Source: Neocallimastix sp. 'constans' (lineage: Eukaryota). Taken from it: a stretch of 60,724 nt of DNA. Of this stretch, positions 26,273 to 40,432 are shown in pieces. The notes below the pieces were generated by a model. It had not been told where the DNA came from and ran no database searches. It saw only the letters and a program-made list of their open reading frames with translations. Both the position numbers and the translations under genes were made by a program. The stretch is taken from assembly GCA_050613775.1 (NCBI GenBank), contig JBODTK010000125.1, forward strand, positions 434,001 to 494,724, written 5' to 3'. The stretch's first letter is position 1. Every line of letters starts with the position of its first letter.

Positions 26273-28679
26273 TTTGTAATTTTTAATAAATGTAATATTT
26301 AGTAAAAAAAAAAAATAATTGATGCTTTTTAGTGATATTCTTAAGGAGACAGAAATATATAATTTATTAATTTAATTATTATAAAATATATTTATTTAAA
26401 AATATTAATATTTATAATTTTAAATTGTTATTATTAAACGAGGCATTTCGAAAAATTTCATTTCGAAAATTGTTTTAAAGCTTAATAAATAAATAAATTA
26501 ATAATAAAACAAATAAAAATATATATATAATTTAAATAAATAACTAAATAAATAATAAATAAATAAATAAATAAAACTATAATAAATAAATAAATAAATA
26601 AATTTAAAATACATTAGAATTTAAATATTAAAAAATAGAATATTTTATCACATGTTTTAATGCTTTCTAGTTTTTCAAAATATATATGATTAAAAATAAT
26701 TATATATATATATATAAAAATAAGTATTAATAATTTAAAAGATGTAAAGGATAATCACTTAATATATAATTATTAAAATTAAAAATTTATATTTAATCGG
26801 TCATTTTTACACTTTTTAAATTCTAGCATAATATTTTACAAAATCTTAAAATATTAATAAATATTATTAATAAAAAAAATATTTATAAATAATCTAGAAA
26901 AAAACAAAAGTTATTTATATATTTGAAAAACACGATATATAAATAAAATTATTAAATAATTAATAAATAAAAGGAAAAAAGTAAATAGTTTTTGATTGAA
27001 CTTTATTTCATAGAATAATTATTTTAAAAGTTTTTTTTTATCAATTAATAATAAATAATTAATATTTATTATTAAAATTTATTATTATTATAATTATTTT
27101 TCTATGAAAAGAAAAATAATTTTAAAATTATTAACAAGGTGTGAATTTCGCAAAATATGGCTTAAAAATTTTTTAAAAAATAAACATATAAATAAACATT
27201 ATTTATTTATTATTTATTAATTATTTATTATTGTTAGAATATGTGAAATAAATATGAAATATCCGTTAAATGTATTAAAATGTATTTGTTATATATGTAA
27301 TGTATGAGCCACAATGTATTAATATAAAAGCATGTAAATTTATTAAATTTAAATATTTACAGCTCTTTATCATAAAATATATTAATAAAGTTGACATAAT
27401 TATAAAACCCAAACTATTGATTTTTAACAGATTAAGAGTCTCATCGACTCTTTAAAGGAATATTTATATCCTTAGCCGGACTAGAAAAATGTCAACTAAA
27501 ATACCTAGGATCCAGAATTTATGATAAAAGTTGTCATTATGTCAACTTTAGTGAAGATTGATCTAATTTAAAGAAAAATGATCTTAAAGTTCAAGAATAT
27601 GAAAACGCGTTAAATTAAGTATTTTATGAAAGAAAATTCCCCTGAAATAAATAATATACTAAATAAAATAATAAATTAGAAGATAAGACACGTATAAAAT
27701 AAATGAGAGACGTGACAAATTAATATGCAAATATTTTTGAGACTCTTAATGAAGATTAATAAAGAATATAAATTAAATCATTAATTAGTAAATAAACAAC
27801 TTTTGAATATTAAAGGCTATTTATTCACAACTAATCAAGTTAATAATTAAATAAAATGACGTGAAACCATAGCGGTTAACCATAAGAGTTGTCAAATATA
27901 AATATAGAGGTAAAAACCAGAGAGTTAAACCATGAGTTGTCAAGAGTACGTAAAACCAAAGAGGTAAACCATGTGTTGTCAATTAGGCATAAGTCCCAAT
28001 GAGGTTGCCAAAATATAATAATAGGATGGTACAAATAAGAGTAACCAATCCGAAAGAATATAACTTGAATATACTAATTAATAATTTTACCCATAATAAA
28101 AATATAAAGGTTTTAAGACGTTTAACCACAAAAATGTCATATTAATATAGGGTAATGTAACGAATATTGGAATATCCGTGTTTTAAAGAGTGTAACACAA
28201 TAGGTAAGCACTTTTTGATTAATAAGTAATTTGGTTTTTTAAAATATAGTTTTATTAATTAAGAAATTTAAAAATATTAATTATAAAGTTTAATTATTGT
28301 AATATTTCGAATTACTTATTAATTAATTCAATAATTAATAAAAACACAATTTTTAAAAAATATTTTTTTTTTTGGCTGCGAAATTCACTCCTATTTATAG
28401 TTTTTCAAAATTTAAATCCATAAAAATTTAAAACCATAAAATCATTAAAAAGTTTCATAAAAATTGATTATTTTCGGTTAAAAAGAATCTAAAAGAAATA
28501 ATGATAAAAGATAAATTAAAATAGAATTTCTATCTGATTTGTTTCTATTAATTTCTAAGAATTTCTTTTGTTAATTTTTTTTATAGAAATTTATACAGAA
28601 ACAAATACAGAAACAAATACAGAAATGAAGTATAAAAATTCTTTAAAATTTAAATGATATAAAATTTTAGTAAAGGTGT

Positions 28680-28732
28680 GAGTCGAACCCTAGTGGTTCA
28701 GGCTGAGGTCATAGTGACTAACCACTATGCCA
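28680..28732 (-). promoter_or_regulatory. tRNA-like Pol III internal promoter (A box and B box) in the 3' LTR of element B
   Basis: Minus strand reads TGGCATAGTGG (fits TRGCNNARYGG), 32 nt, then GGTTCGACTC (fits GTTCRANNC), with a T4 run ~15 nt downstream. Confidence 0.6.
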
Positions 28733-28991
28733 GCATTCTAATTTCTAATTTTTTTTAAGATTCGTTACATGGTCCTCCTCTAGGATTCGGATGCCAGACG
28801 AATCTTTTGCTTTAAATCTAAACTATTTCTAATTCTAACTTTTATAATAATAAACTATAACTAAAATACTTATAGGAGTGATAATTTAATTAATACATTG
28901 AATAATAAAAATTACATGAATTTTAAGTTTTAAAAATAAAGTATAAAAATAAAACTATCTAGAATAAATGTTTTTGAATAATATAAAATAA

Positions 28992-29022
<31 letters not shown>

Positions 29023-29090
29023 ATCATAAGTTAGAATGATTAATAGTACTTTGATGAAATAAAATTTATTTTTGATTAAATGATTTATAT

Positions 29091-33008
<3,918 letters not shown>

Positions 33009-33064
33009 TTACTAATTATTATTATTAATTATTAAATATTAATTATTAAATATTAATTACTACT

Positions 33065-33148
<84 letters not shown>

Positions 33149-33606
33149 CTAATTATTGATTACTAATTATTAATTATTAATTATTAATTATTATTAATTA
33201 TTAAATATTGATTATTACTAATTATTATTAATTATTATTATTAATTATTACTAATTATTGAATATTGATTATTACTATTAATTATTACTAATTATTGAAT
33301 ATTGATTATTAATTATTATTATTAATTATTAAATATTAATTATTACTAATTTTTTTTTTTTCTTTTTTTTTTTTTTAGTTATTATAATCATTAATTTTGA
33401 TTGAATAATAAATATACAATATAATTAATTATTAGAAGAAGTAAATATTTAATTTCAATATAAATAATTTTAATTTCAAGGATGGCTATATGGATTATTG
33501 AAAATATTAATAATTTTAATATATAGTAAAATTCAAGGGTTCCGATTGAATTTATAAATTCATGCATGAATTTTGGTAGAAAAATTTATAGTCTTGGTAA
33601 GTGGTT

Positions 33607-33853
33607 TCAAAAATAGTAGAAAATGGGATTCCTTAACGGGGTTCCAAAAAGAGTAATAGAGAATGGGATTACTTAACGGGGTTCCAAAAAGAGTAGTAGA
33701 GAATGGGATTCCTTAACGGGGTTCCAAAAAAGAATAGTAGTAAATGGGATTCCTTAACGGTGTTCCAAAAATAGTAGTAGAAAATGGGATTCCTTAACGG
33801 GGTTCCAAAAATAGTAGTAGAAAATGGGATTCCTTAACGGGGTTCCAAAAAGA
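33607..33853. repeat. ~40-bp tandem repeat (about 6 units) in the 5' leader of element B
   Basis: Repeated unit AGTAGAAAATGGGATTCCTTAACGGGGTTCCAAAAA with few substitutions. Confidence 0.92.
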
Positions 33854-34421
33854 GTAAAAGTGCAAAGGTATTGTGCTTAGTTTAGTGGTGTTTTTATTGT
33901 AACGAATATTGGAATATCCGTGTTTTAAAGAGTGTAACACAATAGGTAAGCACTTTTTGATTAATAAGTAATTTGGTTTTTTAAAATATAGTTTTATTAA
34001 TTAAGAAATTTAAAAATATTAATTATAAAGTTTAATTATTGTAATATTTCGAATTACTTATTAATTAATTCAATAATTAATAAAAACACAATTTTTAAAA
34101 AATATTTTTTTTTTTGGCTGCGAAATTCACTCCTATTTATAGTTTTTCAAAATTTAAATCCATAAAAATTTAAAACCATAAAATCATTAAAAAGTTTCAT
34201 AAAAATTGATTATTTTCGGTTAAAAAGAATCTAAAAGAAATAATGATAAAAGATAAATTAAAATAGAATTTCTATCTGATTTGTTTCTATTAATTTCTAA
34301 GAATTTCTTTTGTTAATTTTTTTTATAGAAATTTATACAGAAACAAATACAGAAACAAATACAGAAATGAAGTATAAAAATTCTTTAAAATTTAAATGAT
34401 ATAAAATTTTAGTAAAGGTGT

Positions 34422-34474
34422 GAGTCGAACCCTAGTGGTTCAGGCTGAGGTCATAGTGACTAACCACTATGCCA
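34422..34474 (-). promoter_or_regulatory. Second copy of the tRNA-like A/B-box module (5' LTR of element B)
   Basis: Identical to 28680-28732. Confidence 0.6.
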
Positions 34475-35500
34475 GCATTCTAATTTCTAATTTTTTTTGT
34501 AATAATTTAATTAAAAAATTATAATTAAATTATTAATCATTAATATTAGCTCTAACTGCTAATATTAAAGGTTTAGAAAAGAATCATACTTACCTATGGT
34601 TCTTTCTAATTATCGAGTTTATTATAACGAATTATAATAGACGAAACACTAAAATTGATAAGGAAAAGTTTTAATTATAAAATTTGTTTTATTAAAATAA
34701 TTTGTTTTATTATTTATTAAAAATTTTAAATGTTAAAACTTATTGTTATTATTATTATATTATAATTGTTATAATAATAACTCTTGATTTCTCAAAGAGA
34801 ACTCAAGAGCCTTATTTATACTTTTTTGTCAAAATAAGGTTAAAATCAAAAGAGGTTCTAATCTTAACAAATCTCTTATCTAGGAAAAGACTAGAAGAAA
34901 AACCTAGATAAGTTTTTTGATCGATATTCTATCCATATCGATCATCGCGTTAATTAAGTAAAACCGATTACTTTTAAGAAGTAATTGGAAAAACCTTAAT
35001 TAACCGATTACTTAATCTAATATAATGATCGAAAATAAAAGAATAAAATAATGAAAATTATTTCGATCATAAAATTTAAAATTTAATCTATTTAGTTCTA
35101 TTTTATAGAACTTTACATAAAAAATATAAAACAATACATTAATAATAAAATACATGATCAATACAATACAGAATACATGATAGAATACAGAATACATGAT
35201 AGAATACAGAATACATGATAAAATACAGAATAGTGTTTTAGTTTATGATTTAATGAGTGAGAGAAAACTAAAACTAATAAATTTAATAATTAAGTGAATA
35301 ATTAAATAAATTTAATATTATTTTAAATGTATAAAAATTATTTAATTAAATAAATTTTTAATATTAAACTAAATAAAATTTTAATATATAATTAAATAAA
35401 TTATTAATTATAATTAATTGTATAAATGAAATATGAGTTAAATAAAAGTTATATTAATTATAACTTAACTAAGAAAATATAATTATTTTGTTAAAAATAA

Positions 35501-38500
35501 TTATAGATTCTTACATTGCTCCCTTTGTGGTGATGGTTCCTTTAATCCTATGTCTCTTTCAGTATAAGGCTCCAACTGCGAGATATGAAATACCGGGTGT
35601 AAATGAAGATTTTCTGGTAATTCAAGCCGGTAGTTCATTCTTTCCCTCACTTCTATGACCTTAAAGGGTCCAAGATACTGGTTAGAAAGCTTTTTTGCAG
35701 GTTCATTGGAGAAGTAATACCTTTTCAACCAAACCATGTCGTTAACATGGAAAGTAGGACCAGAAGCTTTCCTAGAGTCACCAAACTTTTTGAAATCTTC
35801 TTTAGCTTTGATAAGGTGCTTTTTAAGGGCATCAAAATGGGCAGACCAATCCATAGTAAGTACAGAGGCATTATCTTTTAAAAGAACAGGAGGAGAGTCA
35901 ATATTGCATACTGGATTAAAACCATAATTTGCACAGAAAGGCGACATGTTTATAGATTTGTGAAATGAGTTGTTATAAGCCATTTCACAAAGAGGTAGAT
36001 AAAAGCACCATTCATTTTGGGCAGTAGAACAGTAGCATCGTAAATATTGTTCGATTACGGAATTAGCCCTTTCGACTTGACCATTTGTTTGTTGGTGATG
36101 AGCAGTAGCGAGTCTTGGCTTAGTATTTAGAGCTGAGCAGAGTGAGGTCCAAAATTCAGAAGAGAACTGGGAGCCATGATCAGAGACAATGATTTTAGGG
36201 AATCCATGATACCGAAAAACGTTGTAAAGGAGCATCTTGGCGGTCAGGTCAGCGGAAGGGGCGTCGGAGCAAGGAACTAAATGGATCATCTTTGTTAAGT
36301 GATCCGAAACCACCATAATACATGTGCAATCTTGTGAACTAGGTAACGAAACTATAAAATCAACCCCAATAATTTCCCATGGTTTATTGGGAACAGGCAA
36401 CGGTTGAATTTTTCCGTAGGGTTTATGTCTACGAATTTTACACCTAGCACAAGTTGAACAAGAAAGTACATAATTATGAATATCTTTCTTCATATTAGGC
36501 CACCAGTAGTATCTCTTGATTTTATCAAGAGTTTTGTCAATACCTTGGTGTCCGTTGGTGGGTGAGTCATGAAAAGATTTCAAAATTCTTGCTCTTAAAG
36601 TGGATGGGACGATGATTCTGTTTTGGAAATGTAAGACCCCTTCATTTAAAGAAAATAAAGAACTTTTAACTGTGTTTGACTTAGTTTTAATCTTTTCTAA
36701 AATAGATTTGCAATATGTGTCAGCCGTTTGGGCATCAATCAAACTACTAATATTATCAGTGTTTGCACAACATAAGGCATTATCATCCAATAATGGACGG
36801 TCTTTGTTGTGGAGGGAAACCACGGAATTATAATCCGGACGTCTCGACGACGAATCTGGTTCACTACTCCTTGATCCACAAAATTTGTCAGTCGGTTGGG
36901 TATCAATCAAGCTACTGATAATAGTGTTTGCACAACAAAAGGCATTATCATCCAATAAAGGACGGTCTTTGTTGTGGAGGGAAACCACGGATTTATAATC
37001 CGGACGTCTCGACAACGAATCTGGTTTACCACACCTTGATCCAGGTCTGAACGAAATCCTAAAGTCAAACTTAGAAAGAAAGAGGCTCCATCTTATCTGG
37101 CGTTGGTTTAAATGTTGAGGCTTTTTAAAATATAATAAATTCCTGTGATCGGTAATGATTTGAATAGGAAACTTAGCCCCTTCAAGGTGGTGACGCCAGG
37201 TTTCAAAAGCGGTGATAATAGCGAGTAGTTCCTTGTCATATATTGTATAATTTAATTCAGAAGATGACAAAGACCTAGAATGAAAAGCGACAGGGTGAAG
37301 TTCGTTATCCTTGTCACTGATTTGAAAAAGAATGCAACCCACAGCAAAATCACTGGCATCAGTTTCAACAGTGAATTCCTTATCTGGATCGGGGTAGATA
37401 AGGATTTCGTCTGTGGTAAAAGCAAGTTTTAATTTTTTGAAGGCATTCTCAGCATCATCATTCCATTTGAACTCGTTATTCTTCTTGAGGAGTATTCTTA
37501 AGGGTTCCATAATTATGGCGAAATTCTTTATGAATTTCCTATAGTAGTTACAGAGTCCGAGGAAACTTTGAAGTTCATTCATGTTTTTTGGAGTAGGCCA
37601 TTCAAGAATTGATTTTACTTTGTTTTTATCCATAGAAAGGCCATTTATTGATACAACAAACCCTAAAAAAGTAGTTTCAGGAACGTGAAATTCACATTTT
37701 TCTAGTTTTACATAGAGACCATTTTTGACTAACAAGGAAAGGACATGATGAACATGTTTAATATGTTCAGTAAGGTTTTTCGAATATATTATAATGTCAT
37801 CTAAGTAGACAAAGAGAAACAAGCCAATATCATCAGAAAAAATGTCTTGGATAAAGCGTTGAAAAACCGAAGGAGCATTACGTAAACCAAAAGGCATTAC
37901 ACGGTATTCAAAATGACCAAAAGGAGTACGAAAAGCAGTAAGGTATTCATGGCCTTTCTTGACATGAACTAAGTTATAGGCAGATCTTAAGTCAAGCCGA
38001 GAGAAAATAATAGCACCTTTAAATGATTCTATCAAATCAGATATCCTAGGAATTGGATAGCTATTTCTGATAGTAATTGAATTAGGTTTTCGGTAGTCAA
38101 CGCAGAGTCTGAGAGAGCAGTCATGTTTTTTAACAAATAGCACTGGAGCACCAGTAGGAGATTTTTTAATTATTTCTTCATTTTTGTCAGAATCCTTCAT
38201 TTTACTATCTTGAATTAAAACAGCACAGATATCCATATCGCTTAATTCGTCTTCAGATATGGAATCAGGAATTATAGAATCAAGAGAAGTTTCTCTCTTC
38301 TGTTCATTATTGGGTAAGAGAGAAGCAGTAATATCTGATGAATGGAAAACAAACCTATTACCCTTAGCAGAAGGGCAATGGTTTTTACAGTAGCTTTCCA
38401 AGAAGTAAATTTTATTATTTTTGTAATCAATGTAAGGTGAATGAAGGCTTAACCAATCTCTTCCAAGGATTGCAGATACGTCTTGAAGTTGTAAATTGGC

Positions 38501-39520
38501 TATAAAGAATTCAAATGTTTCCGTATGGTCCATGAAAGTAAGCTTAAGACGTTTTGTAACTTGTTTTATAGCCATATTCTTTTCATTAGGAAGTTTTACA
38601 TTGATCGTATTTGAGAGGTTTGAATAAGGAATTTTGTTTGCTGTTACGAAGCTTTTGCAGAGATAACTTCTAGCAGAGCCCGAGTCAATAAGGATTCTGG
38701 TTTTAATCTTTTTGTTATTAACGGTTAACAAGAAAGTTGTAGTCATTTTATTATTATGACTTGGGGTGTAATTTGCTGATAAAATACTTCCATTGTCTCG
38801 TCCCTTATGGTGCTTATTGCGTTTAAATTTGTTTTCGGTCATGTTAGTTTCGTTTCTTTTTCGTTTGAAAGATTTACTACTCTTTGGCTTGTAGTCATTG
38901 GTCTTTACTTTTTGCTTAAGTAAACATTTTCTATCAATATTGATAATAGAATTTGTTGCCTCAAATAAACTTTTAGGTTTGTCTAATTTAATGAACTCTG
39001 TTTTAACATCCTCAAGAAGACCTCTTTTGATTAGGTCAATGAATACATCGTCCGGCCATCCAATACGTCCAGCTAACCTTCGAAATTCAATAGTATATAA
39101 TGCGGCTCTTCCTAAATGAAGTTGTTTTAAGTTTAGAAGTTGTTCAATAAGAACATCCTTCTGTTCTTTAGTATCCCCAAAATTGCTTATCAAAATATCT
39201 TTAAAGGTGTCATAGCTTAACGAATTTAAAGTCCCATCAGCCTTCAATGAAAGTCCCCATTTCTTTGGAGGTCCATGTAACATGCTGATAACATAAGAAA
39301 TTTTTAAGTCGTCCGTGGAAAAAGAGTTGGGATGTTTTTTAAAAAACAATTCACTCTGTTCCAGGAGCTCATTAACGTTAAGTTTGTTGTTATCAGCTAA
39401 GTCCTTGGATGACACTCCGTTGGCGGAAAAGAAGGTAGGAATAAATTCTGTTAAAGCTGTTATAAGCTTTGAGGATTCAACTTCACTTGGAATTTGGGCG
39501 TTATTACTATTGGATTCCAT
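35501..39520 (-). CDS. Gag-Pol polyprotein of element C
   Basis: Motifs are LIDSGS, APVLFV...LRLCVDYR, SRLDLRSAY, MPFGLRNAP, YLDDI, ETDAS, HDSPTNGH...CSTC, VDF/SDHG/ERAN and GPF. The stop codon lies within the 3' LTR. Confidence 0.95.
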   Translation of the reverse strand: MESNSNNAQIPSEVESSKLITALTEFIPTFFSANGVSSKDLADNNKLNVNELLEQSELFFKKHPNSFSTDDLKISYVISMLHGPPKKWGLSLKADGTLNSLSYDTFKDILISNFGDTKEQKDVLIEQLLNLKQLHLGRAALYTIEFRRLAGRIGWPDDVFIDLIKRGLLEDVKTEFIKLDKPKSLFEATNSIINIDRKCLLKQKVKTNDYKPKSSKSFKRKRNETNMTENKFKRNKHHKGRDNGSILSANYTPSHNNKMTTTFLLTVNNKKIKTRILIDSGSARSYLCKSFVTANKIPYSNLSNTINVKLPNEKNMAIKQVTKRLKLTFMDHTETFEFFIANLQLQDVSAILGRDWLSLHSPYIDYKNNKIYFLESYCKNHCPSAKGNRFVFHSSDITASLLPNNEQKRETSLDSIIPDSISEDELSDMDICAVLIQDSKMKDSDKNEEIIKKSPTGAPVLFVKKHDCSLRLCVDYRKPNSITIRNSYPIPRISDLIESFKGAIIFSRLDLRSAYNLVHVKKGHEYLTAFRTPFGHFEYRVMPFGLRNAPSVFQRFIQDIFSDDIGLFLFVYLDDIIIYSKNLTEHIKHVHHVLSLLVKNGLYVKLEKCEFHVPETTFLGFVVSINGLSMDKNKVKSILEWPTPKNMNELQSFLGLCNYYRKFIKNFAIIMEPLRILLKKNNEFKWNDDAENAFKKLKLAFTTDEILIYPDPDKEFTVETDASDFAVGCILFQISDKDNELHPVAFHSRSLSSSELNYTIYDKELLAIITAFETWRHHLEGAKFPIQIITDHRNLLYFKKPQHLNQRQIRWSLFLSKFDFRISFRPGSRCGKPDSLSRRPDYKSVVSLHNKDRPLLDDNAFCCANTIISSLIDTQPTDKFCGSRSSEPDSSSRRPDYNSVVSLHNKDRPLLDDNALCCANTDNISSLIDAQTADTYCKSILEKIKTKSNTVKSSLFSLNEGVLHFQNRIIVPSTLRARILKSFHDSPTNGHQGIDKTLDKIKRYYWWPNMKKDIHNYVLSCSTCARCKIRRHKPYGKIQPLPVPNKPWEIIGVDFIVSLPSSQDCTCIMVVSDHLTKMIHLVPCSDAPSADLTAKMLLYNVFRYHGFPKIIVSDHGSQFSSEFWTSLCSALNTKPRLATAHHQQTNGQVERANSVIEQYLRCYCSTAQNEWCFYLPLCEMAYNNSFHKSINMSPFCANYGFNPVCNIDSPPVLLKDNASVLTMDWSAHFDALKKHLIKAKEDFKKFGDSRKASGPTFHVNDMVWLKRYYFSNEPAKKLSNQYLGPFKVIEVRERMNYRLELPENLHLHPVFHISQLEPYTERDIGLKEPSPQREQCKNL

Positions 39521-40014
39521 TTTTACCTAAATTATAAATTATATTAACTATGAAATATATATATATGTTTATTATGATTATAAGGTCATAGTTAGGAAGT
39601 TTTGGCGAAAGAAAACAGTTGAATAAGAAAATACTCAAGCATTTCCAGACGATTTTCCAGAAGCACGTTAGCAGTAAACAGTAGTATGTACTTAATGACG
39701 GGAGCAGCTTGCCTATTACTGGTGTCATGTTCCCGCGTACACCACGATTGCAACCTACCACACATCGGATAGGCCAGTCCAGAGCTGCCCAGATCGCTGC
39801 CTGTGACAGATAAACTTAATCCGGAAACTGTTACCTAGATGCTAACGCACTTCTGCTTCTAAGGTCTGTACTAAGTCTTGGTTCTTCTATATTGTTTCCT
39901 TGGCCTACTTCTTCCAGTTCTATTTCCCTAAAAATCATGTAAACATATGTTAGTGTATTTATGTGTTCTTATTATTGTTATTATTTATTTTATTATTGCT
40001 CTTTATTGTTGTTT

Positions 40015-40016
<2 letters not shown>

Positions 40017-40113
<97 letters not shown>

Positions 40114-40432
40114 TATTTATCATTTATCATTTATCATTTATTATTTACTATCATTATTTATTATTATTTATTATTATTTATTATTATTTATTATTATTTA
40201 CTATTATTTTATTATTATTTATTATTATTTATTATTTATTATTATTTATTATTATTTATTATTATTTATTATTATTTATTATTATTTATTATTATTTATT
40301 ATTATTTATTATTATTTATTATTATTTATTATTATTTATTATTATTTATTATTATTTATTATTATTTATTATTATTTATTATTATTTATTATTATTTATT
40401 ATTATTTATTATTATTTATTATTATTTATTAC
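40017..40432. repeat. Poly(T) tract followed by (ATTATTTATT)n in the leader of element C
   Basis: Visible directly. It generates the spurious F/Y/I/L ORFs at 39947-40483. Confidence 0.95.

Noticed and set aside
28670..28740. Functional tRNA gene
   Set aside because: A and B boxes are present, but I cannot form acceptor and T stems or a clear anticodon arm.
28770..28790. TGGTCCTCC after the LTR as a tRNA PBS for a plus-strand element
   Set aside because: Gag-Pol is on the minus strand, where this reads AGAGGAGGACCA, a PPT. The self-priming site and TATA also fit the minus orientation.
33607..33853. CRISPR-like array
   Set aside because: The inter-repeat sequence is nearly constant rather than unique spacers. 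It lies in a eukaryotic retrotransposon leader and there are no cas genes.
34702..35197. Duplicated small ORFs (69 and 61 aa), repeated at 41020-41515
   Set aside because: They are chance ORFs inside the identical C LTRs.
39507..39761. 84-aa upstream ORF in the C leader
   Set aside because: It has no recognisable domain, a non-ATG start and a low-complexity end, so it is more likely UTR.
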